From a virus (Duplodnaviria; Heunggongvirae; Uroviricota; Caudoviricetes): 36,117 nt of DNA. The stretch is from IMG/VR virus record IMGVR_UViG_2563366924_000002, positions 1-36,117 of that record. One strand, 5' to 3'. This document shows, piece by piece, positions 7,749 to 15,821 of this stretch (positions are counted from its first letter, which is position 1; each line of letters begins with the position of its first letter). The notes beneath the pieces are model-generated. The model worked only from the letters and a program-made list of their open reading frames with translations, did not search any database and was not told where the DNA came from. Both the position numbers and the translations under genes were made by a program.

Positions 7749-8161
7749 CAATGGATTATTCACAGTTAAGTGATTTTGAAATTAACAGACGAGTATGTGA
7801 GGCTTTAGATATGGAGGAGCATTTCTTCATACCTGATGACGAAGCAGACTTCGATTCTGAGCTCCCAACTGACGAAAGAGGTCCTATTTGGCAGACGCAA
7901 AAAAGGGATATTAATGGCTTCCGTTCTTCAAACGGAAATTGCTTCAATCCTTGCAATAATCCTGAATATGCGTGGCCAATTATCACTGAAAACAAAATCA
8001 GCATAATGTTTGATAGTACCGATACGAGATATGAAGGCGAATATCACGAGTGGTGTGATGCGATTTCATCTTGTCAAAAGTTCGGAATTCAGTATCAGTC
8101 TAATCCACTCCGCGCCGCCATGATTGTCTTTCTCATGATGCAGGACGCCAATAATGCTTAG
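7745..8161 (+). CDS. Nin-region protein (NinX / DUF2591-like)
   Basis: ATGA overlap with the upstream gene; N-terminus [15 protein letters not shown] resembles NinX-family proteins from memory. Confidence 0.45.
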   Translation: MTMDYSQLSDFEINRRVCEALDMEEHFFIPDDEADFDSELPTDERGPIWQTQKRDINGFRSSNGNCFNPCNNPEYAWPIITENKISIMFDSTDTRYEGEYHEWCDAISSCQKFGIQYQSNPLRAAMIVFLMMQDANNA

Positions 8162-8330
8162 CCCATCCCAATCCCTTCAATACCAGAAAGAAAGCGTCGA
8201 GCGGGCTTTAACGTGCGCTAACTGCGGCCAGAAGCTGCATGTGCTGGAAGTTCACGTGTGTGAGCACTGCTGCGCAGAACTGATGAGCGATCCGAATAGC
8301 TCAATGTACGAGGAAGAAGACGATGAGTGA
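8154..8330 (+). CDS. ninF: NinF (58 aa zinc-finger protein)
   Basis: Hand translation [58 protein letters not shown], near-identical to lambda NinF as I recall it. Confidence 0.7.
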   Translation: MLSPSQSLQYQKESVERALTCANCGQKLHVLEVHVCEHCCAELMSDPNSSMYEEEDDE

Positions 8331-8535
8331 TTACCTGAAATGGTATCTCTGTTACCGCTGGTTAATTAAGTTTGCTGTAAAAGACTGGATGACAGCGGAT
8401 GCCAACAAACTTAAGCAAAGAAAGGACTATTACTACGCCAGAATGAAGGAAAACTACTGCTCAATTCGCACTCGCATATTTATTAAAAAAGACCTTCAGT
8501 CAATTCTTCAATTGCGAGGGAAGGTAAATGGCTAA
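8323..8535 (+). CDS. Hypothetical nin-region protein (70 aa)
   Basis: Start overlaps the NinF stop; no motif recognised. Confidence 0.45.
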   Translation: MSDYLKWYLCYRWLIKFAVKDWMTADANKLKQRKDYYYARMKENYCSIRTRIFIKKDLQSILQLRGKVNG

Positions 8536-8818
8536 TCTACGCAAAGAAGCACGTGGCAGAGAATGCCAGGTACGTATTTACGGCGTATGCAATGGCAATC
8601 CTGAAACTACAGTTCTGGCACATTACCGGATGGCTGGAATTTGCGGAACGGGAATGAAACCTGACGACCTGATCGGAGCATGGGCTTGTAGCGCGTGTCA
8701 CGATGAAATCGACCGACGCATCCATAATCTCGACAACAAAGACGCCAGACTTTACCACCTCGAAGGCGTGATCAGGACGCAGGCGATACTGCTGAAGGAG
8801 GGGAAGATTAAGTCATGA
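8528..8818 (+). CDS. DUF1364-family protein (YbcO-like, Cys/His-rich)
   Basis: 96 aa with CxVRxxGxC...C..CH pattern; same size and position as ybcO in the DLP12 prophage. Confidence 0.5.
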   Translation: MANLRKEARGRECQVRIYGVCNGNPETTVLAHYRMAGICGTGMKPDDLIGAWACSACHDEIDRRIHNLDNKDARLYHLEGVIRTQAILLKEGKIKS

Positions 8819-9210
8819 AAACCTACCGAATAAAATTGCCGTGGCCTCCTTCAAACAACCGATATTGGCGACACTCAAGAGGGATCCACTACATCAGCGA
8901 CTGGGGGAAGAGATACCGAAAAGAAGTAATCGAAATAATCCAGCAACAACAGCTAGACATCAAAATCACACCTCGCATCAGAATAACCATCCACGCAGCA
9001 CCTCCCGATAACCGCAAACGAGATTTGGACAATCTGCCCAAAGCCGTTTTTGACGCACTCACCAGTGCGGGCTTCTGGCTGGATGACGGTCAGATAGACG
9101 ATATGCGCATCAAGCGCTATCAGGCGATTAAAGGTGGAATGCTTGTGTTGGTTGTGACTGAAACATGCGGGAGTTTGCCAATGATTACAGAGCTACTGGA
9201 GGCCGCATGA
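8815..9210 (+). CDS. rusA: RusA Holliday-junction resolvase
   Basis: Acidic motif NRKRDLDNLPKAVFDALT typical of RusA; about 130 aa. Confidence 0.85.
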   Translation: MKTYRIKLPWPPSNNRYWRHSRGIHYISDWGKRYRKEVIEIIQQQQLDIKITPRIRITIHAAPPDNRKRDLDNLPKAVFDALTSAGFWLDDGQIDDMRIKRYQAIKGGMLVLVVTETCGSLPMITELLEAA

Positions 9211-9413
9211 CGTTCTCAGTAAAAACCATTCCAGACATGCTCGTTGAAGCATACGGAAACCAGACAGAAGTAGCACGCAGACTGAAATGTAGTCGCGGTA
9301 CGGTCAGAAAATACGTTGATGATAAAGACGGGAAAATGCACGCCATCGTCAACGACGTTCTTATGGTTCATCGCGGATGGAGTGAAAGAGATGCGCTATT
9401 ACGAAAGAATTGA
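9207..9413 (+). CDS. ninH: NinH
   Basis: [37 protein letters not shown] matches lambda NinH as recalled; ATGA overlap with rusA. Confidence 0.7.
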   Translation: MTFSVKTIPDMLVEAYGNQTEVARRLKCSRGTVRKYVDDKDGKMHAIVNDVLMVHRGWSERDALLRKN

Positions 9414-10059
9414 TGGCAGCAAATACCGAAATATTTGGGTAGTTGGCGATCTGCACGGATGCTACACGAACCTGATGAAAAAACTGGAGACGATAGGATT
9501 CGACACCAAAAAAGACCTGCTTATCTCGGTTGGCGATTTGGTCGATCGCGGTACAGAGAACGTCGAATGCCTGGAATTAATCACATTCCCCTGGTTCAGA
9601 GCTGTACGTGGAAACCATGAGCAAATGATGGTTGATGGCTTATCAGAGCGTGGAAACGTTAATCACTGGCTGTTTAATGGCGGTGGCTGGTTCTTTAATC
9701 TCGATTACGACAAAGAAATTCTGGCTAAAGCTCTTGCCCATAAAGCAGATGAACTTCCGTTAATCATTGAACTGGTGAGCAAAGGTAAAAAATATGTCAT
9801 CTGCCACGCCGATTATCCTTGTGACGAATACGAGTTTGGAAAGCCAGTTGATCATCAGCAGGTAATCTGGAACCGCGAACGAATCAGCAACTCACAAGAC
9901 GGGATCGTAAAAGAAATCAAAGGAGCGGACACGTTCATCTTTGGTCATACGCCAGCAGTGAAACCACTCAAGTTTGCCAACCAGATGTACATCGACACCG
10001 GCGCCGTGTTCTGCGGAAACCTCACGCTGGTAAAGGTGCAAGGCGGTGAACATGCGTAA
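9391..10059 (+). CDS. ninI: Ser/Thr protein phosphatase (lambda NinI-type)
   Basis: Metallophosphatase motifs GDLHG, GDLVDRG, GNHE; near-identical over long stretches to lambda phosphatase as recalled. Confidence 0.9.
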   Translation: MRYYERIDGSKYRNIWVVGDLHGCYTNLMKKLETIGFDTKKDLLISVGDLVDRGTENVECLELITFPWFRAVRGNHEQMMVDGLSERGNVNHWLFNGGGWFFNLDYDKEILAKALAHKADELPLIIELVSKGKKYVICHADYPCDEYEFGKPVDHQQVIWNRERISNSQDGIVKEIKGADTFIFGHTPAVKPLKFANQMYIDTGAVFCGNLTLVKVQGGEHA

Positions 10060-10693
10060 ACCATCCCGCCGTAAGTGCAAAGTATGCGGTGAATACTTCG
10101 TGCCTAAATTCCACGACATCCGGATCCGCTGGTGCAGCCCTGAGCACGGCACAATCCTCGCAATGGAAGAACGCGAAAAGGAGAAGGTGAAAGCCGCTGC
10201 TAAGCGCATCAAGGAGCAGAAGGACGCCGAGAAGGCCGGTCGCAAACGCCGCAAGGAACGGCTGGCAGAGCTTCGGCCTGCCGGTTACTACAAGGCGCAG
10301 GCTCAGCAGGCGTTCAACGCCTACATCCGAGCGCGTGACGCTGATTTGCCATGCATCAGCTGCGGAGAGACCAATCCACCTGATTTACATGGCGGCCAGT
10401 GGGACTGCGGCCACTTCAAAACGGTCGGCGCCAACCCAGAACTTCGCTTTGAAGAGCGCAACGCCCATAAGCAGTGCAAATCGTGTAATGCCGGTGCCGG
10501 AAAGTACACCGCCAAGGAGGCGACCGTAGCGCAGCAATACGAAGCCGGTCTGGTTGCTCGTTACGGACAGGAATACGTCGACTGGCTCAATGGCCCCCAC
10601 GAAATGACCAACTACCGCCGGGAAGATTTCATCCGGATCCGCGATGAGTACCGCGCCAAACTCAAAGCATTGAAACAACGGGAGGCCGCATGA
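10046..10693 (+). CDS. ninG: NinG (Rap) recombination-associated protein
   Basis: [28 protein letters not shown] and HKQCKSCN parallel lambda NinG motifs. Confidence 0.8.
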   Translation: MNMRKPSRRKCKVCGEYFVPKFHDIRIRWCSPEHGTILAMEEREKEKVKAAAKRIKEQKDAEKAGRKRRKERLAELRPAGYYKAQAQQAFNAYIRARDADLPCISCGETNPPDLHGGQWDCGHFKTVGANPELRFEERNAHKQCKSCNAGAGKYTAKEATVAQQYEAGLVARYGQEYVDWLNGPHEMTNYRREDFIRIRDEYRAKLKALKQREAA

Positions 10694-11073
10694 GCACAGA
10701 AACAGAAATTGAACTGGGCAAGGTTGTCGCTTTCCCGTCAAAGAATAACGACCTACAGGATGGGCTCGTTATTCAGCGCGAAGGACAGAAGGTAATGTGC
10801 CTGCACTCCACCGTTTGGGTTAACGAAAAGGACCGGACCTTACGCTGCAGGAAGTGCGAAACGTTGATCGAGCCTTTTGACTTCCTGATGACGCTCTGCG
10901 ACCAGGAGTCTCGCTATATGGAGAACGTGAAATATCTCCGCCGGGAAGAAAAGCAGCGCCGTCAGAATATCGAGAAACTCATTCAGATTGAGAAGAACGC
11001 CAAATCCCGCATACGCCGCGCTGGGGATAAGTCACCACTTCCTCTCTGGCAGAACGAGAGGGTGGACGAATGA
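10690..11073 (+). CDS. Hypothetical protein with Cys pairs (127 aa) between ninG and the Q-position gene
   Basis: CxxC-type pair (CRKCE) and basic C-terminal tail. Confidence 0.5.
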   Translation: MSTETEIELGKVVAFPSKNNDLQDGLVIQREGQKVMCLHSTVWVNEKDRTLRCRKCETLIEPFDFLMTLCDQESRYMENVKYLRREEKQRRQNIEKLIQIEKNAKSRIRRAGDKSPLPLWQNERVDE

Positions 11074-11187
11074 CACGTGACCAGATTATCCGCTACCAGG
11101 CAGAAAGCGTTAAGCGCGCCAACCTGCCGCCAATAGCAAAGCACAGCCAGACCAAAACCCACCAGCCACAGAAGGAAGCCGCATAAT
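11071..11187 (+). CDS. Small hypothetical ORF (38 aa)
   Basis: Hand translation; start overlaps the upstream stop; below the track cutoff. Confidence 0.25.
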
Positions 11188-11995
11188 GAACCTCGAATCA
11201 ATCGCTAAATACTTTGCGCCTAAATCACCGATGTTCAGTGACTCTCCTCGCGCAACCGCATCAGACAGTCTCACCGGCACTGACGTTATGGCGGCGCTTG
11301 GCCTTGCTGGCCACAAGTGCGGGTTTGGTTTCGATCTTTACCTCTCGAAAATCGGCATTAGCAGCCCAGATATAGCACTGGAGAGACTCTATGAGCAGGC
11401 ACGTAAGTTATCAGGTAAATTCAGAGCACTGTCTGAACTCGATGAATCAGCTCGGTCAGGCGTGCTTAAGGTTCTCTGCGCTTTTGCATACCAGGATTAT
11501 TCAAGAAGTGCTGCCAGCACTCGAAAATGTGATTGCTGTGATGGTGGCGGATTTACAGAGGCGCAAGTGTTTACCAACAAGGTCTCATACCCATGGGGGA
11601 AACCGCCTTACTGGTCGAAAATGTCGCGTGCCGTTCGCCCAAGCGACTGGGAGAGCTGGACACAGGCGCGTGAGGTGGTGCGAGTTAAGTGCAAGCCGTG
11701 TAACGGAAAAGGCGTTATCAGCAATTCGTGTCGCTGCCATGGCAAAGGTAAGGTGCTGGACAAGGCAGAAAGCGATCGCCAGGGCGTTCCAGTAATGAAA
11801 GCCTGCGACCGCTGCGGTGGTAGAGGTTACGCCAGGCTTAAGTTCTCAACGGTAATTGAGGGCGTTAATACTGTTGCGGAGATAAAGAAAACGGCGGCAT
11901 ATGAGCAACTTCAGCCGCTATTTGAGGAGTTGGTCGCCGAATGCCATAAACAGGAGTCTATGGCTGATTCCATTCTCTCAAAAGTAACGAGATGA
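11186..11995 (+). CDS. Putative late-gene antiterminator (Q position) with four DnaJ-type CxxCxGxG zinc-finger repeats
   Basis: Last gene before the late promoter, terminators and lysis cassette; repeats CDCCDGGG, CKPCNGKG, CRCHGKGK, CDRCGGRG. Confidence 0.6.
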   Translation: MNLESIAKYFAPKSPMFSDSPRATASDSLTGTDVMAALGLAGHKCGFGFDLYLSKIGISSPDIALERLYEQARKLSGKFRALSELDESARSGVLKVLCAFAYQDYSRSAASTRKCDCCDGGGFTEAQVFTNKVSYPWGKPPYWSKMSRAVRPSDWESWTQAREVVRVKCKPCNGKGVISNSCRCHGKGKVLDKAESDRQGVPVMKACDRCGGRGYARLKFSTVIEGVNTVAEIKKTAAYEQLQPLFEELVAECHKQESMADSILSKVTR

Positions 11996-12037
11996 AAATA
12001 ATTTTCCCTAATGTTGAAAATATATAGGAAATAGGTA

Positions 12038-12066
12038 TTGCATTTCGCGGAAAAACTGTATAGATT
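12038..12066 (+). promoter_or_regulatory. Candidate late promoter PR-prime
   Basis: TTGCAT (12038-12043), 17 nt, TAGATT (12061-12066), immediately downstream of the Q-position gene. Confidence 0.45.
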
Positions 12067-12116
12067 CATCTCTAACGCTGGGAATACGTTCAGTCGTTCC
12101 GAAGCCAAAAAAATTC

Positions 12117-12150
12117 AAGCCCGAGGTTAACGCCTTGGGCTTTTTTTATT
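12117..12150 (+). terminator. Rho-independent terminator (tR-prime-like) about 50 nt downstream of the candidate late promoter
   Basis: Hairpin aagcccgaggttaacgccttgggctt followed by TTTTTTTATTT. Confidence 0.6.
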
Positions 12151-12409
12151 TCTTTGTGGCCTAAATCGCTTCGAGCCAAAAAAACGCGGAGAACGACATC
12201 ACCCCTCTCCGCAATAACGACTCAATCTCATACCCGCTTGTCTTTCTTTTATCCACAAAGAGGTAAAGCCATAACTTAGTGGAAATGGTAACAGCTAAAA
12301 ACTATTTGAAAAGCTAATTATTTTTTGCATCAACTGGCTATTCTTAAGGATTGTTTAATTTTTTGCTTTCCTAGCGAGAAAGAAGCTCCGGAAACTATCA
12401 ATCAATACA

Positions 12410-12437
12410 AGGCTGCCGTTCGGCGGCCTTTTTTATT
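12410..12437 (+). terminator. Second rho-independent terminator upstream of the holin gene
   Basis: Hairpin aggctgccgttcggcggcct followed by TTTTTTATT. Confidence 0.6.
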
Positions 12438-12473
12438 CCTAGCAACAGCACTAGCACAAAGCGAGGTGAGAGT

Positions 12474-12698
12474 ATGTATCGCATGGACAAACTAACCATT
12501 GGTGCTGCCTATGGCGCTTCAGCCTGGAGCATCCTAAACGGCATGTTGAATGCCTACAGCCCCGAGCAGTGGAACGCTATCGGCGTGCTGGTGGGTATCA
12601 TCATTGCCGTAATGACGTATCTGACAAATCTCTATTTCAAAATCCGCGAAGACAACCGCCGCAGCAGGAGCCGAGATGAACCCAACGTTGAGGAATAA
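12474..12698 (+). CDS. Holin (phage 21 S21 pinholin-like, dual-start motif)
   Basis: MYRMDK dual start; [13 protein letters not shown] matches the S21 pinholin as recalled; two hydrophobic segments. Confidence 0.8.
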   Translation: MYRMDKLTIGAAYGASAWSILNGMLNAYSPEQWNAIGVLVGIIIAVMTYLTNLYFKIREDNRRSRSRDEPNVEE

Positions 12699-13170
12699 GC
12701 TGGTGGGTGCCATTGTTGGCGGATCAGGGGCAATCACTATTGCTGCAGTAATGCTGGGCAATGCGGATGGACTCGAAGGTCGGCGTTATTACGCCTATCA
12801 GGATGTGGTCGGCGTCTGGACCGTTTGCGATGGGCACACTGGTACCGACATTCGCCGCGGTCACCGATATACCGACAAAGAGTGTGACAACCTGCTTAAG
12901 GCAGATCTGCGAAAGGTGGCAAGCGCCATCGACCCGCTGATCAAGGTTCGCATCCCTGAGCCAACCCGCGCCGCGCTTTACTCCTTCACCTATAACGTTG
13001 GCTCTGGTGCTTTTGCCAGCTCGACGCTGCTGAAGAAGCTGAACTCCGGTGATGTTCCGGGTGCGTGTAAAGAACTGCAGCGCTGGACTTATGCTGGCGG
13101 CAAGCAGTGGAAGGGGCTGATCACCCGGCGCGAGATTGAGCGTGAAGTCTGCGAGTGGGGCCAGAAATGA
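12676..13170 (+). CDS. SAR endolysin (T4-lysozyme-like muramidase with signal-anchor-release N-terminus)
   Basis: Gly/Ala-rich weakly hydrophobic N-terminus [19 protein letters not shown]; catalytic E...D...T in [24 protein letters not shown]. Confidence 0.85.
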   Translation: MNPTLRNKLVGAIVGGSGAITIAAVMLGNADGLEGRRYYAYQDVVGVWTVCDGHTGTDIRRGHRYTDKECDNLLKADLRKVASAIDPLIKVRIPEPTRAALYSFTYNVGSGAFASSTLLKKLNSGDVPGACKELQRWTYAGGKQWKGLITRREIEREVCEWGQK

Positions 13171-13634
13171 GCCGATTAACCGCAATCATCTGCGCTGTCG
13201 TTATCTGCCTGCTGGTTTCCATGGCCTGGGCCATTAACCACTACCGCGACAACGCCATCACCTACAAAGACCAGCGCGATAAAGCCACAAAGAACCTCCG
13301 CCTGGCTAATGCCACCATCAAAGATATGCAGACCCGCCAGCGTGATGTCGCTGCACTGGATGCCAAATACACGAAGGAGTTAGCTGATGCGAAAGCTGAA
13401 AATGATGCTCTTCGGCGCAAGCTTGATAATGGTGGCAGGGTGCTCGTCAAAGGAAAATGCCCTGTGCCATCCTCAGTCGAAGCCTCCAGCGCCTCCGGCA
13501 TGGGCAATGATGCCACCGTCGAACTCTCTCCAGTTGCTGGACGAAACGTTCTCGGTATCAGATCCGGAATCATCAGCGACCAAACATCACTGAGAGCGCT
13601 GCAGGAATACATCAACACGCAGTGCCTGAAATGA
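13167..13634 (+). CDS. Rz: Rz inner-membrane spanin
   Basis: [18 protein letters not shown] and [27 protein letters not shown] nearly identical to lambda Rz as recalled. Confidence 0.85.
   Translation: MSRLTAIICAVVICLLVSMAWAINHYRDNAITYKDQRDKATKNLRLANATIKDMQTRQRDVAALDAKYTKELADAKAENDALRRKLDNGGRVLVKGKCPVPSSVEASSASGMGNDATVELSPVAGRNVLGIRSGIISDQTSLRALQEYINTQCLK
13387..13593 (+). CDS. Rz1: Rz1 outer-membrane lipoprotein spanin, embedded in the +1 frame of Rz
   Basis: Lipobox LIMVAGC; Pro-rich [13 protein letters not shown] resembles lambda Rz1. Confidence 0.8.
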   Translation: MRKLKMMLFGASLIMVAGCSSKENALCHPQSKPPAPPAWAMMPPSNSLQLLDETFSVSDPESSATKHH

Positions 13635-13684
13635 ACAATCATAGCCTCGTAATAGCGAGGCTTTTTACTACCCGAGGGTAAATA

Positions 13685-13873
13685 ATGTCATCTCCAATCA
13701 TGAAGTATTTCGCTTATCAACACCTCCCTGCGCATCTGCAGGAAGTAAGTAAGCCAATCGGTGACCTTGCGACACTGATGGATGAATCACTGCCGGACAG
13801 TGCTGAAAAGTCAGCAGGTCTCCGCAAGCTGCTCGAAGCTAAAGATGCGCTGGTGCGAGCAAAGCTGGGGTAA
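13685..13873 (+). CDS. Hypothetical protein (62 aa) downstream of the spanin genes
   Basis: ORF only; no motif recognised. Confidence 0.4.
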   Translation: MSSPIMKYFAYQHLPAHLQEVSKPIGDLATLMDESLPDSAEKSAGLRKLLEAKDALVRAKLG

Positions 13874-14326
13874 GTCATTACAAAGCCTATCTACGGGTGG
13901 GCTTGATAATGAAACCGTGATTTACATCCCCACAATCCTGGTATGTAAAAGATAGTTCAGGCGAGAACAGATTTAACTAAATCTGTGCACCACCAGTTAC
14001 GGCAGTACCACGAAGCAACCCAAGCCAGTAAGTGGGGAAATAACACTGGCATCCACTGAAAGATGAACCTCCAGCCTTATGGCAAAAAAGATTCTTTGTG
14101 GTGGCGGGCTGATGGAAAGACATCGGTTATTGCAGAGACCATTCAATGAGTGGTCTCGACAATAGCTTATACCCTACACGGGATAACTTAACTGATATCC
14201 CTTTTAACGGATAAACGGAGCCAACAATGGCAGAGATTATTCCCATGACTGAAGAACAGAAATTCCAGTTAGAGATTTACAAGCTGGTCATGAACCAGAA
14301 CGCCGCCGGGCGTGGAGGTTAGCTTG

Positions 14327-14683
14327 ATGCCTGCGTTAATACCGAGGGCATGCAGAAAACGCGGCTGCCCTGGCACAACCACATACCGCTCAGGCTATTG
14401 TCCCAAACACCTTAACGAAGGCTGGCAGCAGCATCAGCGAGGACAGAGCAGACATCAGCGAGGTTATGGCAGCAAGTGGGACAGGCTGCGCCAAATCGTT
14501 CTCGAAAGAGATAAACACCTTTGCCAGGAATGCCTGCGGAATGGAAGGTATACACCAGCTGAGACGGTGGACCACATAAAGCCGAAAGCTCACGGTGGCA
14601 CTGACGACCTTTCTAATCTGGAATTAATTTGCCGCGGCTGCCATAAAGCTAAGACAGCACGAGAGCGCCTGAACAGAAATTAA
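14327..14683 (+). CDS. HNH endonuclease (terminase-associated)
   Basis: CQECL...VDHIKPKAHGGTDDLSNLELICRGCH; located just upstream of cos and the terminase genes. Confidence 0.85.
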   Translation: MPALIPRACRKRGCPGTTTYRSGYCPKHLNEGWQQHQRGQSRHQRGYGSKWDRLRQIVLERDKHLCQECLRNGRYTPAETVDHIKPKAHGGTDDLSNLELICRGCHKAKTARERLNRN

Positions 14684-14696
14684 GTAACGAGGTGAA

Positions 14697-14852
14697 GATG
14701 ACTGAATCGAAACATGGTTCAGGGCTTCCGCACGCCCATGCTGCCTGCATAGCGGATGGATGCGAATTATCGGTACGATCCCGTAACAGCCACTACTGTG
14801 CAAAGCGCATCATGACTCAACGAAACAGAGAATGGAGAAGAGCGGCGTGGTA
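14697..14852 (+). CDS. Small Cys/His-containing hypothetical ORF (51 aa)
   Basis: Hand translation MTESKHGSGLPHAHAACIADGCELSVRSRNSHYCAKRIMTQRNREWRRAAW; below the track cutoff. Confidence 0.3.
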
Positions 14853-14908
14853 ATAGGCTGTGATGCAAACGGCTACCCGCTCGATCCTGCGTCTCACTGG
14901 AGGACATA

Positions 14909-15112
14909 ATGAAAGACCTCATCATTGAATACCGAGACGGTAAGTTTGTTCAGCTGGCGATTGATGGCGTGGAGATGAAGCACGTAACGTCTATCCAGTT
15001 CTCCCACACCGTAGGCGAGGACGTACCGACATTGACCGTCTCAGGACATGTGTGGTCCGAGTATGGGAAAGGCGATCACAAACTCGAACAGGTAGACAAA
15101 CATTCGGCATAG
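14909..15112 (+). CDS. Hypothetical protein (67 aa)
   Basis: ORF with GGAGG ribosome-binding site upstream. Confidence 0.45.
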   Translation: MKDLIIEYRDGKFVQLAIDGVEMKHVTSIQFSHTVGEDVPTLTVSGHVWSEYGKGDHKLEQVDKHSA

Positions 15113-15179
15113 CGCGGCGGCGGCAAGTCGATTATCTATCATGTGAAATCATTTCAAATGCAATTACATCAAATGAGAA

Positions 15180-15310
15180 TGAATCGCATCAGGGCAGGGG
15201 GGGGATCAAATCTTCAAAACCTTTGCCCCAAAGGACCGCCGCCTAACCTCTTTTCACATCGCCGCAGGTTAGAAAACTTTTTTATGGGGTCCCCCATTCG
15301 ATGATTAATA
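15180..15310. other. Candidate cos region (cohesive-end site) upstream of the small terminase gene
   Basis: G-run cagggcaggggggggatc, inverted repeat around cttcaaaacctttgcccc, palindrome atggggtcccccat; position between HNH and terminase. Confidence 0.3.
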
Positions 15311-15323
15311 GGAGTTTTCGATT

Positions 15324-15821
15324 ATGTCTGGACCGCCGAAAACCCCGACCCATCTACGTTTGGTGAGGGGTAACCCATCAAAACGCCCGATCAATGAGAA
15401 CGAACCAAAGCCAGCCGCATGGGTGCCCCCAACGCCGAAGTATTTCGACAAGCAGGGGAAATACTGGTTCAAGCGGATGGCCGACGAGCTAGATGCTATT
15501 GGTGTGATGTCCCAACTGGACGCCAGAGCCCTTGAGTTGCTAGTTGAGGCATATACCGAATACCGGCACCACTGCGACACGCTGGAGAGAGAAGGCTACA
15601 CCTACGCCGTTTATAGCGACGAAGAGCCAGACGAAGGTAAAGAGCGAGAGATTCGCATGATCAAGGCTCACCCGGCCGCCATTATGAAAGCTGATGCCTG
15701 GAAACGTCTGCGCGCCATGCTTGGTGAGTTCGGCATGACGCCAGCCAGTCGCTCGAAAGTGAATGCAAAAGGCCCTGATGCGGTTGACCCGCTGGCCGAG
15801 TTTATGAAAGAGAGGGATTAA
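15324..15821 (+). CDS. Terminase small subunit (P27-family type)
   Basis: 165 aa; immediately upstream of and abutting the large terminase; sequence resembles P27-family small subunits. Confidence 0.8.
   Translation: MSGPPKTPTHLRLVRGNPSKRPINENEPKPAAWVPPTPKYFDKQGKYWFKRMADELDAIGVMSQLDARALELLVEAYTEYRHHCDTLEREGYTYAVYSDEEPDEGKEREIRMIKAHPAAIMKADAWKRLRAMLGEFGMTPASRSKVNAKGPDAVDPLAEFMKERD

Noticed and set aside
11911-12108. 65-aa minus-strand ORF across the end of the Q-position gene and the late promoter
   Set aside because: Antisense to a supported gene and spanning promoter sequence; no ribosome-binding site.
12150-12410. Search for tRNA genes or an stx-like insertion between the Q-position gene and the holin
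   Set aside because: No tRNA-like T-loop motif (GGTTCGAATCC-like) and no ORF of 60 codons or more was found; only terminators and hairpins.
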